DNA of 64,000 nt from Eledone cirrhosa (lineage: Eukaryota). The position numbers were made by a program, and so were the translations under genes. Positions 37,905 through 52,930 of this stretch are shown piece by piece. Location of the stretch: the NCBI GenBank assembly GCA_964016885.1, contig OZ024751.1, positions 24,924,001-24,988,000 of the forward strand, written 5' to 3'. The first letter of the stretch is position 1; each line of letters opens with the position of its first letter. Below the pieces are notes generated by a model. That model worked only from the letters and a program-made list of their open reading frames with translations. It was not told where the DNA came from and searched no databases.

Positions 37905-37982
<78 letters not shown>

Positions 37983-38155
37983 TATACAGAGGAAGAGATA
38001 TAGATACAGAGAGATATAGAGACAGAGAAATGGTGAGAGGATGAAAGAGAGACAGAGGGAGAGCGAAAGAGAGAGAGAGAGAGAGGGAGAGAAAGAGAGA
38101 GCAGAGCCGGAGATACAAAGAGGAGATAGATAGAGAGGGAGGGAGAGAGAAATAC

Positions 38156-38212
<57 letters not shown>

Positions 38213-38559
38213 GATACAGACAGGAGAGAAAGTGGGGGAGAAATAGTCAATGAGAGAGTGTATGTAATAGGTTGGCTATTATGGAAGAGACAAGAAGAGT
38301 TGATAGTTGATAATAAACGCCAGCATTACATTTACAGTATTTATAAAAAAAAGTGCCTAATGACCCGCGCTGTTCTTGAAATTCTCTCTATCTCACTTGA
38401 TTGACATGTGTACGTCTTTTTTTGTGAAGCCAACTCGCTGCCCAAACTTAGATAAACAAAATAAGACGTTTACATTGATTTACAGAGCATTTTTCTGGAC
38501 CAGGTTTTTGGTTTGTTCAGTCACCGCCCCCCCACCTCAACATCCTACCTACACTAACT

Positions 38560-39270
38560 AACTTTCCAGCGACGATAGAGGTGTGTAGGCAGGCTGATAG
38601 CTGAAAATGTTTTTTTGGCTCCCAATCTCTCTCTCTCCTACAGTCTCTCTTTCCATCTCTCTCTCTCCTCCAGTCTCTTTCTCCCTCTTAACTCAGTTTT
38701 CAAACCCACACCCTAGCTAATTTTCTAGCGATGTTAAGGGTGTGTGTGGACTAAGAAGTGTTTTAAGTTTTGACTATCAATCGCCTGTCCCCCCTCTCTC
38801 ACACACACCCACTATCTCTCTCTCTCTTTCTCTCATTTAACTCAGTTTTCAACCTAAAGTACCTTTCCAATGACGAGAAGGGTTTGAAGGCTGTCCGAAA
38901 ATGTTTTCTTGCCTATAATCTCTCTTATTCTATTCAGGCTATTCCTTAAAACTAACTTTCCTGAGACGATAAGGGTGTGTAAACTGGCTGAGAACGTTTT
39001 CTTTCCCCCAACTCTCTTTCTACCTCTCTCTCCATCTCTCTCTCTGCCCCCCCTCTCTCTCTTAATTTAGTTTTCAACCTATACCCCAAATCTAACTTTC
39101 AAACAACAATAGGGGTGCGTAAACTAACTGAGAACGTTCTCTTACCCTCAACCTCTCCCCCCCCTCTCTCTCCATCTCTCTCTCTTTACTCAGTTTTCAG
39201 CCTACACTCTAACTTTCAAACGACAATAGGGGTACGTAGCTTGAGCGAGAACGTTTTACCTACCCTAAAG
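38560..39270. repeat. Degenerate tandem repeat of about 120-150 bp, x6, with internal (CT)n
   Basis: aactttc..acga.a.agggtgtgt...ctgagaacgtttt...(ct)n...ctcagttttcaacct recurs. Confidence 0.7.
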
Positions 39271-39570
39271 CTGTCTCTCAATTAAACCAACCAGACCTTA
39301 TAACAAATAACTAAGTCTTTCGTTATCAACATAAAATAATCCCTACATTGTTTTGTTCAAACCCCTAGCTTACTTTTCTTTCAATCCCCTTTTACTGAGC
39401 CCTTAATTCTTTGTTATCACATGTCTCTTTCTTTCTCTTCACCTCCTTATCTCTCTCTTTCTTTACCTACACACTCGTCTCTGAAGAAGAAGTAGAAGAA
39501 AAAATGTGGCAGGGACCTCAAAGTTTCGACACTAATAAGTCTCTTCAGACTATATATATATATATATATA

Positions 39571-40120
39571 CTAGTTGAATTACCCGGTGTTGCCCGGGTT
39601 ACTGCTGTTCTTATTCAAACAATAAATATGAAGATATGTTTTTTTTCTCATAATCATTTCAAAATATCTATATTTTATTTAAAAAATATCAAAATTGTAA
39701 TGATAATAGAATTTAGAAATTAAAATCTGTCAATCTTGAACCACCTTAGGGTAAACAATATTCATTGTATAATTCATGTATGTGTAGATGTGTGTGTATG
39801 TATTTCATAACGTACCTAATGAACGTACAAACACACACACACTCACAGACACATGACATATTCATATACAAAATGTGACGTCCCATTGTTTTAATCGAAA
39901 TGAAAATAAAAATTATCACACATACACTCACACACACATACACTCTCACATACACTCACACACACATACACTCATACACATATGCACTCACACATACACT
40001 CACACACATATACTAAGACAGGCACACGCAGATATACACAGATATACATTCACGCACACCTGTCTGTCATCACATATGTATCTGTATGTGTAGATGTGTG
40101 TGTGTGTGTGTTTAACTGTC
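39571..40120 (-). mobile_element. Non-autonomous Helitron (same family as 2007-2878)
   Basis: ctagttgaattacccggtgttgcccgggttactgctgttcttattc... is the reverse complement of 2830-2878, and homology continues inward. Confidence 0.75.
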
Positions 40121-40359
40121 TGTGAAACAGATTAAAAACAGATTAAAAAAAACCTAGACACGTTTGTAAAAAATTATATGCACAAAAGTATGAACAATTT
40201 TTGTAGAGTGGAAATCTATACACCGTATAGAAAAAGGAGACATCTGATCTGACGTTTCGGGTAAAACCTTTTATCAATAAGAGAAAAGTAAAGAAAAGGT
40301 GTAGGAACGATACCGAGTTGAAAAGCGGATATGATTTGAATGCCTGAATCCTGTGAATC

Positions 40360-40605
40360 AAGAGGCTTAGTGGGTAGGGTGTTCGTCTCATGACCATAAA
40401 ACCGTAAATTCGATTCACGCTGGCGTGTTGTGTCTTTGAGCAAAACATTTTATTTCATGTTGCTCCAGTCCACTCAGCTTACAAAAATGAGTTGTATCTG
40501 TAATTCAAAGAGTCAGTTTCGACACCCACCACGTCACGCTTAATCTCTTTGAGAACTACGTTCTCTATGGAATGCTCAGTCACTTGCAAGCTAATTTCCC
40601 GAACA
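40360..40605 (+). mobile_element. CORE-like SINE S2
   Basis: ggcttagtgg...ttgtgtctttgagcaaaacattttatttcatgttgctccagtccactcagct. Confidence 0.7.
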
Positions 40606-40815
40606 GATGGTTTCGTTTTATCGTCAACGTCGTAAGCGACGGAAGTCCAACAACAACAACATACACAAACACACAAACACACTGATACGCACACACACAC
40701 ATACACACACACACACTGACACACACATACACTGGCTCACACACACATACTCACACAGACAGGCATGTAAATATATAGAAATGCCATAGGGAAATATTGA
40801 AGATATAATACTTAC

Positions 40816-40843
40816 TTCATTCTTTAACTTGCAGCCAGAAAAC
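40816..40843 (-). CDS. RFX6: RFX6 micro-exon (28 nt)
   Basis: ttgtag|GTTTTCTGGCTGCAAGTTAAAGAATGAA|gtaag. (R)FSGCKLKNE; needed to restore phase 2 to phase 0. Confidence 0.93.
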
Positions 40844-40872
40844 CTACAAAAATAAATATTATATGTATATAT

Positions 40873-40948
<76 letters not shown>

Positions 40949-41314
40949 CACACACACACATACATACACACATATATATATATGTATGTATATATATAAG
41001 AAAATAAAAAATATATATAAATGAAACAAAAATAAACTAATAAATAATGGAAGTCGTTAATTTTGCTGTCAAGGTCTTCAAAAATTTGCACCACCAGTAA
41101 AAACTAGGTGTCTAAATTCATTATTTTCACTTTTTAAGGTTTCATATTCTGTAAACGCCAATAATATAGATTTATCTGTCACGTATGTTTGGTGTTAAGT
41201 TCTAAAGAAATAGAGACGTAAATCGTAGGACCGTTGGCAGAATTAATTCTTCATCACCCTTTTCTCCCATCTGTCTCCCCCTTCCTCTCTCTCTCCCTCC
41301 CCCCTTCCCCCCCC

Positions 41315-41345
<31 letters not shown>

Positions 41346-41452
41346 AGTGTGAACCTAATATAACTGCAATTTTGTCTCCTGTGTTTTGTTTATTGGCTCT
41401 GATAATTCGATTGTTCAACTGCTATAGTGCAGCTGCAACTTCTGTTATACCC

Positions 41453-42515
<1,063 letters not shown>

Positions 42516-42745
42516 ATAGAAACGGAGAATGAGTGGTGCGACGAATTAAAATTATTAGACATATTACAACCGTTTCTCTGGCGACCAGCTCGAGGCACGA
42601 TCGATGCGATGATGAACCTGACTATGAAATCGCAAGATCCTCAGATACATCTTAATCTTTCAAAGCAGAGTTTTTTGGAATGGCAAACAATGAAGAACGT
42701 GCATTGTCGTCTGTTTTGATTAACATTTCTTTATGTATATTTCTA

Positions 42746-43083
42746 ATAAGTTGTTGCCTCGTTTTGGAGGACTGAGTTGTAAGAGGAGGAAGGGGAGTAG
42801 TGAGAGGCAGGGTTTAACATACGGTAGTAGTATCTCCTCTTCCCACTCTCTCACTGAAACGTCTTCTCTTTCCTCCTCCATTGTAAAGATGTCCCCAGGG
42901 GTTCCATGATTGATTTTTATTAAAATCCAGTTATCCAGTCCTATTTCTGAATATTAGCTTAACATGTGTGTAAAGTTTCATCAGGATCGGATCACTGGTG
43001 TAGGTGCCAACTGGTTATACACAGATACACAGATTACACAGATACACAGATACACAGACAGAAATTGCCATTTATATAGAAGA
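42746..43083 (-). mobile_element. Helitron 5' fragment (same family as 61788-62096)
   Basis: About 330 bp homologous to 61788-62096, ending gaaattgccatttatatagaaga (TC start on the minus strand). Confidence 0.65.
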
Positions 43084-44009
43084 TAACAGAATATGGACAA
43101 AATTGCGAACATTTCAAATTTTTGTTTATACAACTATCTACTACGCTGTAAATGTTCAATATCAGTAACATTTAAGTTTTGCAATAAAACAGAGCTTTCA
43201 TATGTCTCCTACATAGCCTGTACTCAACTTTAAAAGTTGTTTATTACCTAATAAGCTTTTACTGCATATCGTAATGAAGGGGGTAGTATTGTTTATCTTT
43301 TTGCAGCCAAACAAGGAAGCTAAAATTGGCCTTTTACAGAATTTGTACTTAGATTTAATGAGTGTAATGTCTGTATTCTCTTATGAAGTCCTTTCGTGTA
43401 TATTGTAGCGTAGAAGACAGCATGATTTATTTTGTAAAACGCACTTCAGTATTTTCATATTTTGCAATTATGGACATGGGTAAAGCGGCCTTCTTTCATC
43501 CTAATCGAATAAGAAAACACTCACACATATAGACGTTTTGAATTTAAATACATGGATACAGATTTATATTGATACGTTAAATAAAGCAGATTGCCTCTTG
43601 ACATGACTGGAAAGAGCAATTCTCACGACAGATTACATGAGATACCATTGGTGTAATTCTCATCACCATATCTTCACATCTGTACATGTCTGTGTTTAAC
43701 GTCTGCACCGCTTAACAATCGGTGGTATTTTATTTGTGTCCTGTAACTTAGCAATTACTCAGAGCTTGGTGAAATAAGTTCAAAACTTTAAAATAAATAC
43801 AGGGGCTTGATATGATCAATTTAACCAATGAAGGTCGTGTCCTAGGCTAGTTGCAGTCTACTGACTGGAGCGAGTTAAAAACAATACAAAGAAAACAATA
43901 CAAAGAAAAAACGAGCTGAGAACGCTCTTCTTTTAGTAAAAAGAAAACGTGAATACCGAATAATGGTTAATAAGGTAACGAGATGTAAAATAATGACATA
44001 ATTACTCAC

Positions 44010-44087
44010 CGTGTGAGACCTTTGCCTGAGTAAACTGAATGATAATATTGACTAGTTTCTCTGATACCAATTCCATAGTAATGATAT
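44010..44087 (-). CDS. RFX6: RFX6 coding exon (78 nt), end of DNA-binding domain
   Basis: tttcag|...|gtgag. (K)[25 protein letters not shown](R). Confidence 0.96.
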
Positions 44088-44119
44088 CTGAAAATATAGA
44101 GATAACATTTACATAACGA

Positions 44120-44395
<276 letters not shown>

Positions 44396-44405
44396 TATAT
44401 ATATA

Positions 44406-45280
44406 GCGGGTAAAATTCCCGAGATCAATGGACGAGTTCTCTCCAGCGGTCTCTGTCCCTCATTATCGCTGCCATGTCCTGCGTCTCCAGGAGACCAGTG
44501 TCTATTCTTAGGGCATTAACATATGTTAACCTCGGTCTTCCTCTTCCAGTGTGACAATGCCGGAGTTCCCACAGGAGCACTGAGTGCAGTGTCAACTCTG
44601 GATGTCGGTGAGCATGTCCAACCAACCTCAGCCTACTCTGTGTCACTTTCGAGCTGACTTTTGGGAGGCTCCCATACAGCTCTGAATTCTTCATCCTCAG
44701 TGTATACTGATTAATGTTCAGAGCCATCCTCAACATTCTCATGTAGCACCCATCCACCATCTGAGTGAGTTTCTTGGTCAGTGTCCAAGTCTCAAACCCG
44801 TACAGCAGCACAGACTCCACTACAGCAGCGGAACACCGGCTCAGAGCAGGAGAGTTAAGGCGAAAAAGATATCGGAGGCTGAATTTGCCGATGACATAGT
44901 TCTGGTGACAAACACAGTGAAAGAGGCAGAGAATTTGATGCAGGAGGTGGAGACTGTGTCGATGAGTGTGGGGCTGAGAATGAATGAGATTAAGACGGAG
45001 TATCTGGTAGAGAATATTAAGAAGCCAGAGAAGATTACTAATGTAGGCGGGAAGCCGCTAGAATTGGTTGACGACTTCCTGTATTTGAGAGCAAAGATTG
45101 TGAATACGGAAGATGATGTGGTCGAGAGGAAGAGCAAAGCCTGGGCGGCATTCCACACCTTGAGATCGGTGTGGAAGTCGGACCTTCGTAAAGACCTGAA
45201 GATCCGTCTCTTCGTTGCTGTAGTGGAGTCTGTGCTGTTGTACGGGTCTGGGACTTGGACACTGACCAACAAACTCACTC
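44406..45280. mobile_element. RTE-clade LINE fragment with 5' inversion, inside (TA)n
   Basis: Minus 44425-44828: [15 protein letters not shown]...GRGRPRLTY...WRELVH*. Plus 44840-45280: EFADDIVLV...GLRMNEIKTEY...DFLYL...[15 protein letters not shown]. Confidence 0.85.
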
Positions 45281-45384
<104 letters not shown>

Positions 45385-45471
45385 CACATATATATATATG
45401 TATGTATAAATATATATATATAATATATATACATATAGATTTCTACATATATACATACATCCATATGCATA

Positions 45472-45510
<39 letters not shown>

Positions 45511-45557
45511 TTGTATGGAAGTATGGAAGTAAACATGCGAGAAAAATAGAATATATA

Positions 45558-45597
<40 letters not shown>

Positions 45598-46473
45598 TAT
45601 GCATATGGATGTATGTATAATATATATATACGTATATATATATGTATGTGTATATATGTGTGTGTGTGTCATGACAGCATTGAACTGCTAGATTCGGCAA
45701 GCCACCATTCTGTACAGCTGTGTACACTTTAAAGACCAAAATCTTGAGATGGGTATCCTGCTGAGGAGGTGTAGTAGCCCAAATTGCGTAATGTCTGCTG
45801 ACATTAGGCAATTCTCTGCATATAACACATTTAATAGCTGTTATAGACAGGATTTGAAATGTAAATATCATTACCAAAACACTGCCACCTTACTCATTAA
45901 TTAACTAATTGCATACACTTTAAATGATAGCCTGAACTTTCTCACTTACAAGCTTATTATCTCATTGAGTTAATGGGTAGTGGCCGGAGATCACTGAAAT
46001 AAATTTGGTAACGTTTGTATACTCTGTGTGTGTGTGTATATATAAATATATATCTATATAATTTGGATTGGCTCGGAAACATAACCTTATTATGTAACAA
46101 GTTGTCTGATGATGACACGACACTCGCACACAGAACAGTGTGGCCAGTGTCGTCATTGAAATATATATCACAGCATTATTATTAAAGGACTTGAACATCT
46201 GAAACTACTTCGCTTTTCCTTATTCGATATTTACTCCGTCACTCCTATGTGGAATAAGTACGTTGAGTGCTTGAATTGAATTGCATCAATATTTACCCTA
46301 ATATATATATATATATATAGAGTAAAAAACGTATCCCGGTTTCCGTTGGGGGTGAAGCGACTGTGAGTATAAGACTCTCACCCTGGACAGATCGCTAGTC
46401 CATTGCAATTAATCGTGGTACTCATTTTCGGCAGATTATCGTGAAAAGAAGTGTTTTGCTCAAGAATACACAT

Positions 46474-46572
<99 letters not shown>

Positions 46573-46712
46573 TGTGTGTCTGTCTGTGTGCACAGCTATA
46601 TAAGCATGTACATTATTAGTGGAATGATGTTAGGAAAGCTTTCTTGGAAGAACTTTCTAAGAATGTCTCTATGATGTAACTACGTGACAGTTGTCTACAA
46701 ATATCTACTTAC

Positions 46713-46774
46713 TTGGAATGTCCTCGTGTCCCCAGACGTCTGGTAGTAAGGTGTGGAAACTTTTGGCGAATTGT
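46713..46774 (-). CDS. RFX6: RFX6 coding exon (62 nt), DNA-binding domain
   Basis: tttcag|...|gtaag. TIRQKFPHLTTRRLGTRGHS(K), containing the RFX signature TRRLGTRG. Confidence 0.97.
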
Positions 46775-46809
46775 CTGAAACAAAACATTAATATATTATT
46801 ATATTATAT

Positions 46810-46990
46810 TGGCAGCATCGGTAGAGGATCGGACGCCATGCTTTGAAGCTAAAGTTACCCCCCTTTACGATCTGAGTTCAAATCCCGCCGAGGTTAACTT
46901 TGCCTTTGATCCTTACAGGGTCGATAAAATACAGTACCAGTAATACACTGGGATAATTGCTGACATTGTGCCAAAAGTAGAAACAATTAT
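46810..46990 (+). mobile_element. SINE S1
   Basis: Near full-length S1 copy. Confidence 0.82.
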
Positions 46991-48968
46991 ATTGTATGTA
47001 TTGTGAGAATTATGCTCTTAGATAGATACAGATACTTCCGCTCAACACCCATTTCTTTCTCTCCATCTATCTTTATTCCTCATTACACTCATTACACAAT
47101 CTGTCTATCTCTGTCCCCCACTCACTTATTCCATCTTACCCCATCTCTCTCGTTTTCTTCTCTATCACCATGTGAATTCATAATTTTCATACTCCCCTCG
47201 CATTCATGTAACCGGTGAAAACTTTTAACGCATCCACGCAATTCTTGATTTCCAAAATAAATAGTTAATGTATCTTGGAATTATTTATTCTATACCGTTG
47301 AAAAATAAATAGAATTCATGTTTATTAAAAAACCATGATGTTATAATTGTTACTTCTGGCAAACTTTTCTAATGGCTGGAAATATGTTTTACTGTTCTAC
47401 TGCTGATAGAAGAGGCCGTGCAATACCTCAGCTTTTAAAAGCGTCATACCACATCTCTGCGTGCCGTAATAAGCGGCTTAAAAAGCTGTTGTTAGGGAAG
47501 ATCTCATGTTGTAAAAAGTTACATCAACACCTCACGTCGGGCCCATCCCAGCATGGAAAAGTGGATTTAAAGATAATGAAGGTGATGATTATAGAACTGA
47601 TAGAATATTCCTTGACACGTTCTTGAATTTAGCTTTGTTATGAATGTTCAATAATATTCAAGCATAGAGACGTTCCAGGCCAAAAGCGAGTGTCAATTGA
47701 AGGGCTCTTAATTATTCCATTATTAAGATAGTAACTTAACATATGGGTCTTTTTTTAAAAGGCTGTAGGAAACCTTTAAATGAAAGTTTTATGTCATAGA
47801 ACCAAAACCGGTTTTGGTCGGGTTGGAAACATAAAGGAGAGTTGTTTGCCGAGAACTCGAGAAGTGGCATTTTCAGTAAAACTCTCCCAGAAATTCTCGC
47901 TTCTTTCAGAAGCTTTGTAAATATGATCCATGTGAAGGCACATAACCCGGTGGTTAGAAATGTTGGACACATGATCATAAGGCAGTGAGTTGTATTCTTC
48001 GACAAAATACTTCATTACACATTGCTCCTTCTATCAGGAGATATGACCGTCATATAATATCGATCGACTCTTCTCTGTTTTTTTTTTTTTATCAACATCA
48101 GTGATTTAGGAAGACTATCGATTAACTAACTTCCCGTATTGCTTTTAAAAGAAAAGATACGGTGGGATAGGGTGAGCAAGTACCTCCGGTTCTTGATTTC
48201 TCTGAGAGATGACATTTGATCACGTCTTCTCTTTAGTTTAAGTAAGCAGGATATCGCTTACAGAACGTCAACATTTCCTTCAAAATTCAATTAATCTTAC
48301 CGGAAAGACTTTTTTCCTAATTCCTGCTTAAATATCTGCAGGTGATTTAAATAATGCGTGTTTACGATATTGATGTATTTACTTATGTGGTGGGTGATAG
48401 AAACAGAGATAGGGGTTAGGGTATTAGACGTATATATTTTTACAATAAAATATTACAGCATTTCCCACAAATCTTCCTGTCTTATCCTAAATGTACACAA
48501 GGCAAGAACGGCTGGATTAGATGACGTAATAGGAGCGTGCATAGTTGTGTGGTTATGAAGTTCGCTTTGTAACTACGGAATTTCGGGTTCATTTCCGCTC
48601 TGTGGTACTTTGGGCAATTATCTTCTGCTATAGCCTCATGAGAGAAATATGGTAGACACTAACTGTGTGGAAGCCCGTGCCAGGTACACTTCCTATTCTT
48701 AATTTACCATTCGGTTTAACACCACCATCTGACTCTTGGGTGTTTTAGCAGATTCAACTCTATTAGATGTATTCGGATCAGGTCCCTTGTTTGAGGGTAA
48801 CTGCCTCCTCTTCTCCCACCAGTTCTGGACTCTAAAAAAATGTGATGGGTGCTGACCTTCCTGATTAAAATATTACAGACATCCTAATAGAGTAATGTTT
48901 GAGACTTATACAATGACGGCTAAATGAAGACCCAACGATCCATAACAACAACTTGGAAATAAAAATGC

Positions 48969-49017
<49 letters not shown>

Positions 49018-49018
49018 G

Positions 49019-49100
49019 AGTTACGGCCCTTTATGGTCTGAGTTCAAATCCCGCCGAGGTTAACTTTGCCTTTCATCCTTACGGGGACGATAAAATAAAG
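49019..49100 (+). mobile_element. SINE S1 internal fragment
   Basis: gagttcaaatcccgccgaggttaactttgcctttcatccttacgggg. Confidence 0.75.
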
Positions 49101-49155
49101 TTGCGCCGTGCCGATGACAAGTCATCTTCCGTTTGTTCAACACTGGCTTTGAGGA

Positions 49156-49198
49156 ACAATCAACATGTTTCTGGATCATCACCCTTCATCAGGACTGT
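49156..49198 (-). ncRNA. Complete minimal type I hammerhead ribozyme motif (Penelope-type)
   Basis: ACAGUC-CUGAUGA-aGGGU-gaug-AUCCa-GAAA-CAUG-UU-GAUUGU: 6-bp stem I (one G-U), 4-bp stem II, palindromic AACAUGUU stem III. Confidence 0.7.
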
Positions 49199-49230
49199 AT
49201 ATCTCTGCCAATCTATATACACATATACAA

Positions 49231-49274
<44 letters not shown>

Positions 49275-49277
<3 letters not shown>

Positions 49278-49688
49278 AAAGTTCTATTTAAAGTTGTTGG
49301 GATACAAGTAAATATTTTTATAACTGATATAAAGCACTCGACAAATTTTTGGAGTAGATATACGATATTAATAAATGGAAACTATATTTATAAAACCATA
49401 TTTATTTCATTATACATATTTCAAGGATGCCAAGTTAAATTATGGTGTGCTTTCATCAGACAAAATACAATATATAACAGTTTTACAAATAGCTTTGACG
49501 TACCCTTTTAAAATACAAAAGTAATGGTTGTATTTTAAAAGGGTACGTCAAACCTATTTGTAAAACTGTTATATATTGTGTTTTGTCTGATGAAGGCATA
49601 CCATAATTTAATGTGGTATCCCTGAAATATGTATAATGAAATAAATATGGTTTTATAAATATAGTTTCCATTTATTAATATCGTATAT
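49275..49688. mobile_element. TA-inserted family A foldback
   Basis: Arms about 49358-49518 and 49528-49688 with a 9-nt loop; hammerhead core ctgatgaaggcatacca...tggtatccctgaaatatgta near 49587-49633. Confidence 0.78.
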
Positions 49689-50437
49689 ATATATATATGA
49701 GTGTATCATTTTGTGTTTATATGAGTGTTAATGTAATATTGAAATGTGTGTACGATGTAGGGACTTAGTTATAATAAAACTGTCTTTGTAAATAATAGAA
49801 ACTAACCATATACTTGTTAATAAACCGAATACTAAGTACATTATATATTATTAGAGACAGTAGGAGAAACAACGCCCTCTGGGTGTTGTTTCTTGTGTGT
49901 CATAAATACACACAGATCTACATATATACATATATACATATACAGATAAATGCATGTATACATACATACATACATACATACATGCATACATACATACATA
50001 CATACATACATACATACATGAATACATACATACACACATACATGCATACATACATACATACATACATACATACATACATACATACATACATGCATACATA
50101 CATACATACATACATACATGCATACATACATACATACATACATATATACATACACACATACATACATACATACATGCATACATATATACATATATACATA
50201 CATATATAGATACACACATACATACATACATACATGCATACATACATACATACATATATACATACACACATACATACATTCTTACATACTTACATATATA
50301 CATACACACATACATACATTCTTACATATATACATACATACATACATACATACATACATACATACATACATACATACATACATTCTTATTATACGACAAC
50401 TATCCAGAAGAAGAGAGGATTCAAAGTATGGAGCGTT

Positions 50438-50782
50438 TACAACATCAACACCAACAACAACAACACCAACAACAACAACACCAACAATAACAACATCAAC
50501 ACCAACAACATCAACACCAATAACACCAACAACATCAGTGATAACAACAACAACAACAATAACAAAAACAACAATAAAAGCAATAACAAAAACATCAATA
50601 ACGACAACAATAACAACAATAACAACAATACCAAAAACAACAATAACAACAACAAAAACAATAACAACAATAACAAAAACAGCAATAACAACAACAAAAA
50701 CAACAATAACAACAAACAAAACAACAATAACAACAATACCAAAAACAACAATAACAACAACAAAACAACAATAACAACGACA
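50438..50782. repeat. Degenerate (AAC/AAT)n microsatellite
   Basis: Read directly from the sequence. Confidence 0.9.
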
Positions 50783-50824
50783 TTGTTTTGTGATTTAGCC
50801 ACACGGCCAGCAATTTCAGGATTT

Positions 50825-51025
50825 GGATTAAAAAGGATTTGGAACTGCCATGAAATCAAGGTCGTCCCGATTGTCATAGACGCACTAGGTACTATCTCAA
50901 AGAGTTTCCAAGGATGGTTAAAGAAGATTAGTCCAGCCCCGCTTTTTAGAACACTTTAAAAGGCATGCTTGCTGGGAACAGCAATAACCCCCCGATACGT
51001 CCTGAATATCTGTGGCTGCAGGTAG
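50825..51025 (+). mobile_element. R4-like LINE 3' end fragment
   Basis: LKRIWNCHEIKVVPIVIDALGTISKSFQGWL...KACLLGTA. Confidence 0.65.
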
Positions 51026-51290
51026 CATTCAACAAACTTTCCAGTTAAATAACATCAATGACTGAGACTCAAAGAACAAGAAATATATATTTAGGTATTG
51101 CCAGTGTTATGCTTTAAATACATTCTCGCAATTTCCAGAGATACATACGATGTATAGGAGCTAATGGCTGTGTTATTGGTTTGATAAACATTGAATCGGA
51201 TGTGAGTTTTCGAGTTGATTTAGTACATGTTAAATTACTTGAGATGACTAACACACTAACGCATCTTTCTAAATATCACTTTCATCTCAA

Positions 51291-51333
<43 letters not shown>

Positions 51334-51502
51334 GGTGTGTGTGTGTGAGAGAGAGGGAGAAAGAGTGTGAGAAAGAGAGTGTATGCGTGTGCGTGAGAGA
51401 GACAGGGAGAGAGAGAGAGCGGGAGAGCGAGAGAGTGTGTGTGTCCATGAGAGAGAGCAAGAAAGAGTGTGAGAGAGAGCGGATGTGTGTGTGTGACAAA
51501 AT

Positions 51503-51549
<47 letters not shown>

Positions 51550-52543
51550 AGAGAGAGAGAGCGTGTGTGTGAGAGAAAGAGAGAAAGAGAGAAAGAGAGA
51601 GAAGAGAGAAAGAGAGAAGAGAGAGAAAGAGATAGAGAGATAGAGAGAAAGAGAAAGAGAGAAAGAGAGAAAGAGAGAAAGAGAGAAAGAGATAGAGAGA
51701 TAGAGAGAAAGAGAGATAGATAGATAGAGATAGAAAGAGGGATAGAAAGAGATAGAGAAACAGTGAGAGAGAATGAAATGTTTAGTAACTTTGCTTTGCT
51801 TTGATAACGGATTTATTGAAGAATGTTTCATGTCAAGGAGAACGTTACGAAAGATAAACACCAGGTCGGAAGTCATGCCCTGATCTGTGATGGTGGATTG
51901 GTTTGTTTGTCGTCTTTTACTGAGAATAGGTTGAGAAAAACCGACCTACTCAGGCCACAAGCCTCTCATATATAAACTGAAGATGTCAACTAAGTGTTTT
52001 TGAAGAAGAGGAAACTAAAATATATCGTAAAAGCAAACTGAGGAAATACAGCTCCGTATCGATACTCTGTAGTTTTACCCGAGCAAAGGAAGTGAAATAT
52101 AGTGACATCGCTATTTTACTAATATATTTCAAGTCTGAACATTGATATTTCCAATAAATATCTTCATATGGTTAGTGACACTGGTACGCAGAAGAGAAAA
52201 ACATCTTGTTAAGTAATTTCCGGAATTTCTGAATAGATATTTTATCAAGTCAATTCAATTTAGTATTGTAGAAATATTATTCTCTCTGACAAAAACAATT
52301 AATTTTTTTTCTCTCTTTATATTTTGAACTAATTGCTCCCGATCAGTTACAGATGTAATTTAAATACATTTTATTTTTATCTACGAAATAATATACTTTA
52401 ATTGAGAGGAGACCAGAACACGTGTAGTAGTTTTATTAGTTTTTAAACTCTTTATGTTATGATTTCATATTTGAATGTGCAACTGATAGAGTGATTAATA
52501 TGTTATCATCTTTTTTTTCAAATACCATTTTAAAAGAAATCTG

Positions 52544-52637
<94 letters not shown>

Positions 52638-52654
52638 GAGAGAGAGAGGGGTGG

Positions 52655-52930
52655 GTGGGTTGTTACATCCCAGTAAATGTGGCAAAACTGGCTCGAGTAA
52701 ATGGGCCTACTCTGTATATAAATCTGTAGGTTGAAGAAAAAAAAGGAGAAGACGGGAGCATTTACAAAACATGCTCTCGGTGTTGAGGGTTGTTCTATCT
52801 ACGAGGTGTAAAACAACCCCGCAGTGACGTTCCCCCCTATTGTGGATATTGATGATTTTAAAAATATATATTTAATTATATCTACATTTAATTTATCTTA
52901 AATTAACAATATATAAATTGCAACCCCGCC
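52655..52930 (+). mobile_element. Tx1/L1-type LINE 3' fragment
   Basis: Homologous to 19565-19850. Confidence 0.6.
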
